NCBI GenBank assembly: GCA_963692865.2
Contig: OY843592.1
Coordinates: 832,001 to 896,000, forward strand
From: a bacterium
Lineage (GTDB): Bacteria; UBA8248
DNA: 64,000 nucleotides
Direction: 5' to 3'
Positions 11,960 to 21,905 of this stretch are shown one piece after another (positions within the stretch are counted from its first letter, which is position 1; each line of letters opens with the position of its first letter). Below the pieces are notes generated by a model. The model did no database searches. It saw only the letters and a list, made by a program, of their open reading frames with translations, and had not been told where the DNA came from. Both the position numbers and the translations under genes were made by a program.

Positions 11960-13513
11960 TCACATCGGGTATCCCAACATCTTCAGGTTCCCGGCGATGG
12001 CGGCGTCCAGTTTCGCGCCCTCTTTCTGTTGCTCGCGAAGCTCGGCGGCGAGGCGCTTCATTTTTTCATCGAACGGCTCGGTATCTTCTTCCTGCGCCTC
12101 CGCGCCCACGTAGCGGCCGGGCGTCAGCACGCAGCCGTGCTTTCGCACCTCGTCAATGCTCGCGCTCTTGCAGAAGCCCGGAACGTCGGCGTATTCCTCG
12201 CCGCCGCGCCAGGCATGATAGGTATCGGCGATACGCGTGATGTCTTCTTCCGTCAACTCGCGGTGGGTGCGGTCGACCATGCGGCCCAGCTTGCGCGCGT
12301 CGATGAAGAGGATTTCGCCGCCTCGCTTCCTCTCCCGCGCTAGGAACCACAGGCAGGCGGGAATCTGCGTCGAATAGAAAAGCTGCCCCGGCAGGGCGAC
12401 CATGCAGTCCACGAGTCCCGCCTCGATCAGATTCTTGCGAATCCCGCCTTCGCCCGACTGGTTCGAGGACATCGAACCGTTGGCCAGGACGAAACCCGCG
12501 GCGCCGCCCGGCGCCAGATGATGAACCATGTGCTGCACCCAGGCGAAGTTGGCATTGCCCCTGGGCGGGACACCGTACCGCCAGCGCTTATCATCCGTGA
12601 GCCGCTCGCCGCCCCAGTCGGAGACGTTGAAAGGGGGATTGGCGAGTATGAAATCCGCCTTTAAGTCGGGATGGCGATCGTTGTGAAAGCTATCCCCATG
12701 AGTGATCTGCCCCTCGATGCCGCGAATGGCGAGGTTCATCTTCGCGAGTCGCCAGGTCGTGTAGTTCGACTCCTGGCCGTAGATGCTGATGTCGCCGCTT
12801 GCTCTGCCTCCATTGCCGTTGCCGCTGGCGTGCGCATCGATGAACTCGACCGACTGAACGAACATGCCCGAGGAGCCACAGCAAGGGTCGTAGACCCGGC
12901 CTTTGTAGGGCTCGAGCATTTCGACCAGGAGCTTTACGACGCAGCGCGGAGTGTAGAATTCCCCACCCTTCTTGCCCTCCGCGCTAGCAAATTGTGACAG
13001 AAAATACTCGTAGACACGACCAAGCACATCCTTGGATTGAGCGTCTGCATCATTGGCTTGGATGTTACTGATGCGATCAATCAACTGGCCGAGACGTTCC
13101 TTGTCGAGCGCGGGGCGGGCGTAGTCCTTGGGCAGCACGTCCTTGACAGCGGGGTTCTCACGCTCGATCGCCGCCATTGCGCCATCGACGATTTGGCCGA
13201 TGGTGGGCTGCCGCGCCTGGGCCTTGAGATTCGCCCAGCGCGCCTCTGGCGGAACCCAGAAGATGTTCTCGGCGATGTATTCGTCACGATCCTCTGCGGC
13301 GTTTTCACCCCATTCAGCGAGAATCTCCGCGCGGCGTCCCTCGAAAGCGTCGGAAATGTATTTTAAAAAGATGAGGCCCAGGACGACGTGCTTGTATTCG
13401 GCGGCATCCATTGAGCCGCGTAAGTTGTTAGCCATTTGCCAGAGTTCGTGCTCATAGCCCGTTACGGCTCCGCTGCCGGGTTCCTGGGTCTTTTTCGATG
13501 CTTTTCGCGCCAT
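11960..13513 (-). CDS. hsdM: Type I R-M methyltransferase subunit M
   Basis: [25 protein letters not shown] (m6A motif IV). Confidence 0.97.
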   Translation of the reverse strand: MARKASKKTQEPGSGAVTGYEHELWQMANNLRGSMDAAEYKHVVLGLIFLKYISDAFEGRRAEILAEWGENAAEDRDEYIAENIFWVPPEARWANLKAQARQPTIGQIVDGAMAAIERENPAVKDVLPKDYARPALDKERLGQLIDRISNIQANDADAQSKDVLGRVYEYFLSQFASAEGKKGGEFYTPRCVVKLLVEMLEPYKGRVYDPCCGSSGMFVQSVEFIDAHASGNGNGGRASGDISIYGQESNYTTWRLAKMNLAIRGIEGQITHGDSFHNDRHPDLKADFILANPPFNVSDWGGERLTDDKRWRYGVPPRGNANFAWVQHMVHHLAPGGAAGFVLANGSMSSNQSGEGGIRKNLIEAGLVDCMVALPGQLFYSTQIPACLWFLARERKRGGEILFIDARKLGRMVDRTHRELTEEDITRIADTYHAWRGGEEYADVPGFCKSASIDEVRKHGCVLTPGRYVGAEAQEEDTEPFDEKMKRLAAELREQQKEGAKLDAAIAGNLKMLGYPM

Positions 13514-13743
13514 GGTTCCTTCATCCCTTTTGCCAAGCGTCGTCAATAGATATGCAATTCGCCCCCGCGCAGTTTACAAACCGGGGCGGTGGTTGTCATC
13601 CGGGGAATCGGGTGAGGCGGAAGCGGTATTGCTGGCTGAACGATTCCTGCTTTCATTGGATTGTTGAAAAAGTCCACTTTTCAGTAGGTAGAAGAGATGC
13701 CCCCCTCGGCTGGAAAAGCAACCCCCCCTACCCCCCTTTTTCA

Positions 13744-13952
13744 GGATTGTTGAAAAAGGCCATGTATCCCCTCGGTCGGCGATGTGATGATCCAGTAGGG
13801 ACAGGCCCCCGCGCCTGTCCTGCTACGCAAAACGTGATGGTATTGTAGGGGCCGTATAGTATGCGGCCCTGATTTTCGCCTCCACAAAGCGGGCCGCATA
13901 CTATGCGGCCCCTACGAACAAATTGTCTCTCTCCGGCTTTTTCAACAGCCCC
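13744..13952. mobile_element. MITE-like composite element carrying REP palindromes
   Basis: Ends GGATTGTTGAAAAAG and CTTTTTCAACAGCCCC; homologous reverse copy at 29238-29418; partial copy at 36939-37059. Confidence 0.7.
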
Positions 13953-14218
13953 GAGAAAGGAGCGTTTGCATCGAAGGGTTTGACCCTCCCTCCTCGGTCG
14001 GCATTAATTGCCGGAATGACGGCAATCTGCGGTTACGGGTTCGTAAGGACAGGCCGCGACCTCGGGCGGACACATGGGTCCGCCCCTACAAAGAGCATCC
14101 AAAATCGCCAACATCCCCTCCCCCGAGTGCATGCAACGCCCCGTTGCGATAGAGTTCTGCGCTGGTTCATGGGATGGACGCCGCCGAATCACGATCTCCC
14201 GACCGACAGGACGATTCG

Positions 14219-15019
14219 ATGAGCTTGCGCAGGTGGAAGGACAGGATGGCGGCGCGCCTTTTGACGCGCTATCCGGGGCTGGTGAAACGATGGGCGGGCG
14301 GCAGGGACTTCTCCGCCGAGATGGCCGGCCTGCGCGCGGGGCCCGCGTTCACGCCCTGGACGCCGCTCGTGAAGCCCGTGCGCGAGTGCAAGGTCGCGCT
14401 GGTGACGACCGGCGGGGTGCATCTCAGGACGCAAACGCCTTTCGACATGGAAAACCCCGACGGCGACCCGACGTTCCGCGAGATTCCGGGCGGCGCCGCG
14501 CGCGGGGCGCTCACGATAACGCACGACTACTACGACCACCGCGGGGCGGATGCGGATTTGAACGTCGTCTTCCCGCACGAGCGGCTCGCCGAGATGGCGG
14601 CCGAGGGCGCGATAGGCGGGGTCTCGCCCGTCCACCTGAGCTTCATGGGCCACATCGATAAGGATCTCGTCGAGCGGCTCGTGGAGGAGACGGCCCCGGC
14701 CGCGGCGCGGCGGCTGCGCGAGGCGGGGGCGGAGGCCGCGCTGCTCGCGCCCGCGTGAGGGCTGTGCAACCGCTCGGTCGGGCTGATTCAGAACGCGGTG
14801 GAGCGGGAGGGCATATCCACCGCCTCGGTGAGCATCGTGAAGGAGATAACGGCTGCGCTTGCGCCGCCGCGGGCGGTGTTCGTGCCCTGGCCGCTGGGCC
14901 ATCCCTTCGGCAAAGCGGGAAATCTTGAACAGCAGCGCGCCGTGCTGTATGATATGATCGCGTTGCTTGAGACGGCCGAGGCGCCCGGCGCGCTGGTCGA
15001 GCGGAACCATCCCTGGTGA
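14219..15019 (+). CDS. PrdB/GrdB-like (proline/glycine reductase selenoprotein B family) selenoprotein; Sec at UGA 14756-14758
   Basis: VALVTTGGVH, HDYYDH, DLNVVFP, SFMG, then LLAPA-UGA-GLCNRSVGLIQNAVEREGISTASV...PWPLGHPFG; ORFs 14174-14758 and 14798-15019 are in frame with only the UGA between them. Confidence 0.88.
14769..14799 (+). promoter_or_regulatory. Candidate bacterial SECIS hairpin
   Basis: ACCGC/GCGGT lower stem, TCGGT/GCTGA upper stem, G-containing apical loop about 21-23 nt after the UGA. Confidence 0.55.
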
Positions 15020-15138
15020 GTTTTCGGGGACCTTGAATAGGCGAATCGGGGGGAGCGAAGCCGCCCTTGAGCCTGCCCAAGGGGAGGAGTCAGCTTCGGG
15101 CCGAAGCGTCGGCGCCGGACCGGGCCTCGCGGAATCGT

Positions 15139-15319
15139 CCGGGACGGAGATGCCCGGACGAGCCTCACGGAGACTGAAGGCGGCGAGTCATCTTCAGCCG
15201 GAACCATCGGCGCCGGATTGTCCGGGACGGCGCTTGTGTTTCGGGGCGGGTTCATGCGGTTCCGGTCGCGGGGAAGGCGCCCGGGACGGAGACGCCCGGA
15301 CGAGCCTCATGGAGACCGA
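15139..15319 (+). repeat. 39-bp direct repeat (15139-15177 and 15281-15319)
   Basis: CCGGGACGGAGAYGCCCGGACGAGCCTCAYGGAGACYGA with 3 mismatches; partial third copy near 15221. Confidence 0.8.
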
Positions 15320-15370
15320 GGGAAGCGCCCGGGAATAATAAAAATTATCGATATCATGAAAATAGCAATT

Positions 15371-15419
15371 TCTGAAAATATGTATAAAATTGGATAAATT
15401 CACGGGGTTTTTCGATAAA
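15371..15419 (+). repeat. Left copy of a 49-bp AT-rich long-range inverted repeat
   Basis: TCTGAAAATATGTATAAAATTGGATAAATTCACGGGGTTTTTCGATAAA; 47/49 identical to the reverse complement of 28628-28676. Confidence 0.9.
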
Positions 15420-15484
15420 AAACGGGCAATTTATCTTATTGAATATGAAGGCGTTATCCCGATTTCAGCGATCAGGAGGCCGCC

Positions 15485-16069
15485 ATGGACACAGTTGCAA
15501 CCCCCATCACCCGCCTCGCGGAAGACCTTGCGGGCGTCTACGATCACGGCGCCCGCGGCCGGGAGTTCATCCGCGCCGCCGAACCCGCTCTCAAGCGCTT
15601 GCTGGGCGCGGGTTCCTTTCTCCCGCCCGAGGCGCTCGAACCCTCCGATGAAGGATATGCGCGTCATCTGTTGTACCGCGACCCCGGGGAGCGCTTCGTC
15701 GTGGCGGCCATGGTGTGGAAGCCCGGCCAGGGCACGCCGATTCACGATCATGACGGCGCCTGGGGAATGCTCGGCATGGTGGAGGGCGGTCTGGAAGTCG
15801 TTAATTATTTTGCGGATGCGGAGATTGCCGAGGGTGAAGTCACGCTCAGGAGCGATGCGCCCCACAACCCTTCGGCAGGCGCACGGGATTCGGTTTGCGG
15901 CTGCGCGGACATCCATACGGTGCGCAACCGGCGCGGCGACGTGGCGGTTTCCATTCACGTGTATCCGCGCGATTTGGAAGCGTGTCATTTCTTCGAACCC
16001 ATGGCCGGTGGAGAAAATCGCTTCCGCGCGCGCCGCGTCTCGATTTCCTACACGGGCGAGTCTTCCTGA
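15485..16069 (+). CDS. Cysteine/thiol dioxygenase family protein
   Basis: YARHLLY, WKPGQGTPIHDH, DIHTVRN, SIHVY. Confidence 0.85.
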   Translation: MDTVATPITRLAEDLAGVYDHGARGREFIRAAEPALKRLLGAGSFLPPEALEPSDEGYARHLLYRDPGERFVVAAMVWKPGQGTPIHDHDGAWGMLGMVEGGLEVVNYFADAEIAEGEVTLRSDAPHNPSAGARDSVCGCADIHTVRNRRGDVAVSIHVYPRDLEACHFFEPMAGGENRFRARRVSISYTGESS

Positions 16070-16286
16070 GCGATTTCCGAACTACGACCAAAAAGCCATA
16101 GAATCAGGTGGAAAATCGAGAAACGGGGTTTCTTTGCTCGCGCTTTGCGAGGTCTCAAGTCCGGTGGTTTGCCGAGCGGGCGGGGTGCGGCTTATCGGCC
16201 AATCCTTCAGCAGGAGAATGAAACATCGTTTTCCCGGATTGACAAGATTCCTTGCATAAATCCACTTCTCATCCAAAGAGGTTTAT

Positions 16287-17150
16287 ATGCGCGGCAAAGG
16301 CGGCTGGTATGCTGGTTTCGAGGCTGTATCGAATTTTCAAATGTTCTTTCGGGACTGGAGGCCGGCCGGGAAAGGCGTGTTTTTGCCCGTTATCGCATTG
16401 CATGGCTCGCTGAGCCAGAGCGGCATGTGGAACGCTGTGGCGGAAGGCGCGGTTTCGATACGCATGGTATGTCCGGATCAAAGAGGATACGGGAGAACGG
16501 ATGACCCGGGTGGAAGTGATGCCGCTGCGGATTTCGCCAGGGACGTGATTGGCCTCGCCGACGCGCTTTTGCTGGACCGTTTCGTGGTGATGGGGCATTC
16601 CTTCGCCGGTTCAATCGCCCTGGCCGTCGCGGCGAAACGTCCGGAGCGCGTCGCCGCGACCGTGTTGATGGATCCGGCGGTTGGCGTTGACTCGGACGCC
16701 GATGCGAACCTGGAAGCGGCGCGGAATCGGCCGATGGAGTTCAAGAATCTCGCGCAGGCGCAGAAATTTCTCACGGAGAATGAAGAAGGACATTGGCCGC
16801 CTGCCCGGACGAGGCGGTTCTTAAGCGATGTTTTGGCGTGCGATGGATCAAATGGCGTTTGCAGGGTTCCTTATGAGAAAGATAGATTTCTGAGGCTGCG
16901 GGAATTTCAGGCCTCCGCCGAGAACGATTACGACCCCGTTTCTTGGGCCGAGAGGACAAAGTGCCCTTCTCTGGTGTTTCGTGGAGGAGAAAGCAAGCGA
17001 TTCAGCGAGAAGTCGGAAAAATTACTGGTGAATGCGCTATCCGCGAAATCAAGAGTGGTCGTGTGTGCGAAAGCCGGTCATTTCCCGAGCGTTTCGGAGC
17101 CAACCATCGTGCAGCGAGAACTCAAGGCGTTTTTGGCAGATCTGAAATGA
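16287..17150 (+). CDS. Alpha/beta hydrolase
   Basis: LHG, PDQRGYG, GHSFAG nucleophile elbow, AGHF. Confidence 0.9.
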   Translation: MRGKGGWYAGFEAVSNFQMFFRDWRPAGKGVFLPVIALHGSLSQSGMWNAVAEGAVSIRMVCPDQRGYGRTDDPGGSDAAADFARDVIGLADALLLDRFVVMGHSFAGSIALAVAAKRPERVAATVLMDPAVGVDSDADANLEAARNRPMEFKNLAQAQKFLTENEEGHWPPARTRRFLSDVLACDGSNGVCRVPYEKDRFLRLREFQASAENDYDPVSWAERTKCPSLVFRGGESKRFSEKSEKLLVNALSAKSRVVVCAKAGHFPSVSEPTIVQRELKAFLADLK

Positions 17151-19357
17151 ACAAACGAAACGGCGACAATCTGCATATTGAGACCGAGCTCAGCCGGGAT
17201 TTAGGGCTCGCATCAGCACTATCTATCGGCGTCGGCACGATGATTGCGGCGGGTATTTTTACGTTATCCGGCCTTGCCGTCAGGGACGTCGGGTCATCGG
17301 CCGTCATCGCTTTTCTCCTTGCCGCGCTTGTCGCCGGGTTTACTGCGCTCACCTATTGCGAATTCTCATCTCTGTATCCGGAGTCCGGAGAAGGATATCT
17401 CTATGCGAGAAGAACGTTTCCTCCGCCACTTGCCTACCTTGTAGGGTGGACGTTGGTGCTCGGCTACACTTCTTCATGCGCCTTCTACATCAGCAGCCTT
17501 TCTTCTTATTTCAATGAATTTATCTGGCATTCGCCTTATGAGCAAATATCGGGAACCGTGGGACTCATCTGTCTCGTATTGCTTAATATCAAGGGAACGA
17601 AAGAATCGGCTCGTTTTCAAGTTCTCATTACCGCCGGAAAGGTCATCCTTTTGTTTTGGTTTGTTTATGGTGGGTTGGGGAATTTGGATACAAAAGCCCT
17701 TGTCGAGAGAATGACCACGGACATTCCAAGAATTGGCGCGACGGCTGGTTTGGTCTTCATTACTTTTTTCGGATTTTCGGCAATTGCGGCATCGGCAGGA
17801 GAAGTCGTGAATCCCACGAAGACAATTCCTCGCGCGATATTTCTATCTATGGCAATTGTGACTATTTTATATACTTTGGTGGTCTTCGTAATCATTACCG
17901 CCAACCTCACGGAATATACGGAAGCGGCGATGGGTAACGCGGCGCGTCTTTTCCTGGGTCCTATCGGCGGCATGGTGATCGTCGTAGGCGCGCTTTTCTC
18001 AATGATTTCCGCATCTAACGCATCGATTTTGGCGGGTTCGCGGGTTGTTTTGTCTATGGCGCAACTGGGACACTTGCCCTCTGGAATCGCCGCGATCAAT
18101 TCCGAAACGCGCACACCCATTATTTCACTTATTTTAGTAGGAGGAGCCATAGTTCTTTTTGCACAAAGTTTTCATTTGGAGAAACTAGCGCACTTCGCGG
18201 ACACTATTCTTTTGTTAGCGCTGATTTTGGTGAATCTGGCGCTCATCTATCACCGGAGGAAATTTCCAAACCTGCCGAGACCTTTCCGTGTTCCCTTCGT
18301 GCCGTTGTTGCCGCTTATGGGAATTACCGCAAATATATATTTACTCTCACTGATATTTCGGCACCCTGAGCCGGTTGTCATGGCCGCTCTATGGCTGATC
18401 GTGGGGATGCTCGGTTTCTTGGCCTGGAAAGGCTCTCAGGCCGAGGAGGAATTTCTGCCGGGTGAACCATCTCGCGTAGCGCAGGTCAACACTGAGGGGC
18501 AGGAGAGTGATTTCCGCGTATTGGTTCCCATTGCAAACCCGACAAACGTCGCCCCCCTGATAGATATGGCTTCGGCGATTGCCAAAGAAAATGACGGTGA
18601 AATCATCGCCATGCGGGTTGTATCTTTGCCTGAGCAGGCACCGACGAGTCGCGAGACTTCATACGTTGAACGAGAAAGAAGAATTTTGGAGCAGGCCCAT
18701 GTTCGCGCCAAAACGAATGGTGTCAAAATTAGTTCTTTAGTAACAATTGGGCGTAATCCGGCGCGCGCCATCCTGGAGACGGCGAGAGAGCGCTATTGCG
18801 ATCTGATTGTGCTTGGCTGGAAAGGTTATACTTCTACCGCAAATCGAATTTTGGGTGAAGTAGTGGATGATGTCGTGAATCTTGCGCGAGCGGACATCAT
18901 GTTGGTGAAACTTGTAGGTGAGATGAAACTAAAAAATATTCTTTTACCGACAACCGGGGGAATTCATGCGCGTTTGGCGGAGCGATACACGGCCCCGATC
19001 GCAAGCGCTTACAATGCCAGACTTGTTGTATCGACCGTTGTTTCTCCAGAAGCTGGAACAACTCATAAACATTCTATCGAACAAGGACTCAGTGAGGCGG
19101 TAGGGAGAATCAACGATGAGAGCAGCGTTCATGTGGAGAGCCGAATCATCACGCACAAATCTGTTTCCGTGGGAATTATCCAAGCGTCAGAAGAATATGA
19201 CGCCATTGCCATGGGTGCAGCTGGCGAGAGTTTCTATAAACAGATTCTTTTTGGTTCTATTCCTGAAAACGTTGCGAAACACACGGACAAAACCGTAATC
19301 GTGTATAAACAATATTCTCCAGTGAAAGCGTTGGTGGGACGAGTGATGGAAAGCTGA
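17147..19357 (+). CDS. APC-family amino acid permease fused to two universal stress protein domains
   Basis: IGVGTMIAAGIF, multiple TM segments, RPFRVPFVP; then VLVPIANP...DLIVLGW and ILLPT...GSIPENVA; ATGA overlap with the upstream gene. Confidence 0.9.
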   Translation: MNKRNGDNLHIETELSRDLGLASALSIGVGTMIAAGIFTLSGLAVRDVGSSAVIAFLLAALVAGFTALTYCEFSSLYPESGEGYLYARRTFPPPLAYLVGWTLVLGYTSSCAFYISSLSSYFNEFIWHSPYEQISGTVGLICLVLLNIKGTKESARFQVLITAGKVILLFWFVYGGLGNLDTKALVERMTTDIPRIGATAGLVFITFFGFSAIAASAGEVVNPTKTIPRAIFLSMAIVTILYTLVVFVIITANLTEYTEAAMGNAARLFLGPIGGMVIVVGALFSMISASNASILAGSRVVLSMAQLGHLPSGIAAINSETRTPIISLILVGGAIVLFAQSFHLEKLAHFADTILLLALILVNLALIYHRRKFPNLPRPFRVPFVPLLPLMGITANIYLLSLIFRHPEPVVMAALWLIVGMLGFLAWKGSQAEEEFLPGEPSRVAQVNTEGQESDFRVLVPIANPTNVAPLIDMASAIAKENDGEIIAMRVVSLPEQAPTSRETSYVERERRILEQAHVRAKTNGVKISSLVTIGRNPARAILETARERYCDLIVLGWKGYTSTANRILGEVVDDVVNLARADIMLVKLVGEMKLKNILLPTTGGIHARLAERYTAPIASAYNARLVVSTVVSPEAGTTHKHSIEQGLSEAVGRINDESSVHVESRIITHKSVSVGIIQASEEYDAIAMGAAGESFYKQILFGSIPENVAKHTDKTVIVYKQYSPVKALVGRVMES

Positions 19358-19433
19358 CCAAATCACACCGGTGTATTGACATGCAAATGCATGAGCATTT
19401 CGAGTAAGAGCAATTAAAATTTTTGTCGTTGAG

Positions 19434-20162
19434 GTGGTTCATTTGTCTAAAATGGTATCGAGTTCCATGGAAGCCGTTTCGGATATTCCCAGAGGCGCAT
19501 CGATTCTTATCGGCGGGTTTGGCATATGTGGAATGGCGCATAATTTGTGTAAAGCACTGAGCAAACGAAAAGGTGTCGGCGATTTCCATTTGATATCGAA
19601 TGCGGGTGGAATGGACGGTTGGGGCGTGGGCCTGATGTTTGAAAACCGTCAGATCCGCTCCATTATCGCCAGCCGTGTGGGTCCGGCGTGTAAGGCCTAT
19701 GAAGAGCAAGCCTTGGAAGGGAAAATCGAAGTTGAACTCTCGCCTCAAGGAACATTCACTGAACGAATTCGGGCAGGTGGAGCCGGCATCGGTGGTTTCT
19801 TTACACCAACGGGAGCAGGGACCGTCGTAGCAGAAGGAAAAGAAACGAGAATCATTGAAGGACGAGAACACATTTTTGAAGAACCTATTCGGGCGGATTA
19901 TGCTTTCATCAAGGCTTGGAGGGGAGACGAGAGAGGGAATCTGATATACAGAATGAGCGCGCGGAATTTTAATCCCATCATGGCCACTGCCGCCGAGGTG
20001 ACTATCGCTGAAGTAGAAGAAATTGTTTCCGTAGGTGAAATTGCGCCAGAAAATATACATACGCCAGGGATTTTTGTGCAACGGTTGGTTTTGGGCGAAG
20101 ACTTGGAGAAACCTATTGAAATTATGACGAATCGACCCCGAAGTAATCCTAGGGGGAGTTGA
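19434..20162 (+). CDS. 3-oxoacid CoA-transferase subunit A
   Basis: [49 protein letters not shown]. Confidence 0.93.
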   Translation: MVHLSKMVSSSMEAVSDIPRGASILIGGFGICGMAHNLCKALSKRKGVGDFHLISNAGGMDGWGVGLMFENRQIRSIIASRVGPACKAYEEQALEGKIEVELSPQGTFTERIRAGGAGIGGFFTPTGAGTVVAEGKETRIIEGREHIFEEPIRADYAFIKAWRGDERGNLIYRMSARNFNPIMATAAEVTIAEVEEIVSVGEIAPENIHTPGIFVQRLVLGEDLEKPIEIMTNRPRSNPRGS

Positions 20163-20163
20163 A

Positions 20164-20826
20164 TTGCCTTTAAGTAGACACGATATTGCCAGGCGTGCAG
20201 CCATGGAAGTGCCCCGGGGGGGTTATGTAAATCTCGGGCTCGGCATACCCACGCTGGTGAGCAATTACATACCGGAAGAATACGGTGTCACCATCCACTC
20301 GGAAAACGGTGTCTTGGGTGTGGGCCCATTTCCATACGAAGGAGATGAAGACCCCGATTTGCTGAATGCCAGCAAAGAAACCGTGACGCTTATGCCTGGA
20401 GGTTCGTATTTTGACAGCGCTACGTCATTTTCCATGGTCAGGGGCGGGCATATAGACGTCACCATACTCGGTGCAATGGAAGTCGCTGGTAATGGCGACC
20501 TGGCGAATTGGGCGATACCAGGCAAGATGATATCTGGCATGGGCGGTGCTATGGATCTCGTCGTGGGCGCCCGAAAAGTTATCCTCACCATGGAACATGT
20601 TTCAAGGAGAGGGGCGCCTAAGATCGTAGAAGCGTGCACACTGCCCTTGACCGGCAAAGGCGTGGTGGATGTCATCATTACCGATCTAGCGGTTATTACG
20701 GTAGAGACTGGCGGACTCTTGCTGCGTGAACTCGCTCCTGGCGTGAATGAGAGTGAGGTGCGGGAAAAAACCGCTACGCCTTTACGTGCGGCTTCGAACT
20801 TGTGTGAAATGTTTGCGAATGTTTGA
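20164..20826 (+). CDS. 3-oxoacid CoA-transferase subunit B
   Basis: [15 protein letters not shown] (catalytic Glu), [16 protein letters not shown]. Confidence 0.93.
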   Translation: MPLSRHDIARRAAMEVPRGGYVNLGLGIPTLVSNYIPEEYGVTIHSENGVLGVGPFPYEGDEDPDLLNASKETVTLMPGGSYFDSATSFSMVRGGHIDVTILGAMEVAGNGDLANWAIPGKMISGMGGAMDLVVGARKVILTMEHVSRRGAPKIVEACTLPLTGKGVVDVIITDLAVITVETGGLLLRELAPGVNESEVREKTATPLRAASNLCEMFANV

Positions 20827-20835
20827 GTTTCCATA

Positions 20836-21753
20836 ATGGTTGATCTTGAACAATACACTCGAGAATACCGGGGATTGATGCGCCAACACGCCTATCGACT
20901 CACAGGCAACGTTTTGGATGCAGATGATATCGTGCAAGATACAATGTTGCGAGCGATTGAAATGGGCTCGGCTCTCGAGAATATCGATGATCACCATGAG
21001 TGGCTCTATTCCGCATGTACAGAAGAGGCGCTTTCTCGATTACGAGAGAGAAAACCTTTGCAGTTGAATGAATTCGACCTTCCTGATTTGGTCCAGACTG
21101 CAGACTCAAGCACGAACGGAGAGATCCAATCCATAGAGGCTAGCTCTGCATGGCCAAGCGTTGCGATCGAGTTTTTATTCCCCCTCCAATACATGACGCC
21201 CGAACAGCGCGTTGTTGTCGTGCTCAGGGATGGGGTAGAGGATGGTGACCGGATTGCGGCATCCGCAATGGAAATCAAAATTCAAGAGGTTTTCAAAATT
21301 GCCGACAGTGCGGATAAAAAACGAGCTCAAATTCAAAAATACTGGGAGAGAAATGTTTTTTTCGCCTCCACCAAGAATCAGACCCAGGCAGCGCGAGTGT
21401 TCGAGCGATTCGTGGAGGCGCTTGGTTTTCGAGACAAAGTGTTGTTGCAAGGACTAATGGCGCCGGATGTAGAGCTTATCGTCCGAGATGAGCGGAGAAC
21501 GGGTGACGATTTTGTGGCTGTGGCTTGCACGGAGTTGCTCGGCCAGATGGGGGAAAAGCTGACATTCAGCCCTGTTTGGTTTAACGGTTGTCGGGGCGTT
21601 CTGATCTGGACGTGGCGAACAAGAAGAAACGAATGGCTAAAATGCGGCGCCGTCACGGTTTTAAGTGATAATTCGAACATAAAAGCAATGAAATGGTATT
21701 TGGATGGACATCTTTTGCGCGCTATTCATACCGAAGCGCCCCAAGCTTCTTGA
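20836..21753 (+). CDS. Divergent ECF sigma-70 factor with C-terminal SnoaL-like extension
   Basis: HAYRLTGNVLDADDIVQDTMLRA (region 2), LQYMTPEQRVVVVLRD (region 4), ERFVEA...LMAPDVEL...FNG tail. Confidence 0.7.
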   Translation: MVDLEQYTREYRGLMRQHAYRLTGNVLDADDIVQDTMLRAIEMGSALENIDDHHEWLYSACTEEALSRLRERKPLQLNEFDLPDLVQTADSSTNGEIQSIEASSAWPSVAIEFLFPLQYMTPEQRVVVVLRDGVEDGDRIAASAMEIKIQEVFKIADSADKKRAQIQKYWERNVFFASTKNQTQAARVFERFVEALGFRDKVLLQGLMAPDVELIVRDERRTGDDFVAVACTELLGQMGEKLTFSPVWFNGCRGVLIWTWRTRRNEWLKCGAVTVLSDNSNIKAMKWYLDGHLLRAIHTEAPQAS

Positions 21754-21905
21754 ATCTTGAAACTTCGCGTCGGGACAACAGAAGTCTTCAAACCAAGTGG
21801 TTGAGCAACCAAAAGCACTCATCTCTGTTGCGTAACCAAGATTTATATTGCGCCGTCCGACCTCTCTGGATTTTTCAACCATCCCTATCCAAACGGTAGG
21901 CATTA

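Noticed and set aside
21825-21853. dif-like site at the convergence point of the IR-bounded domain (also weak candidates near 24171 and 24290)
   Set aside because: Only about 6/11 match to the XerD arm and a poor XerC arm; cannot be called without a lineage-specific model
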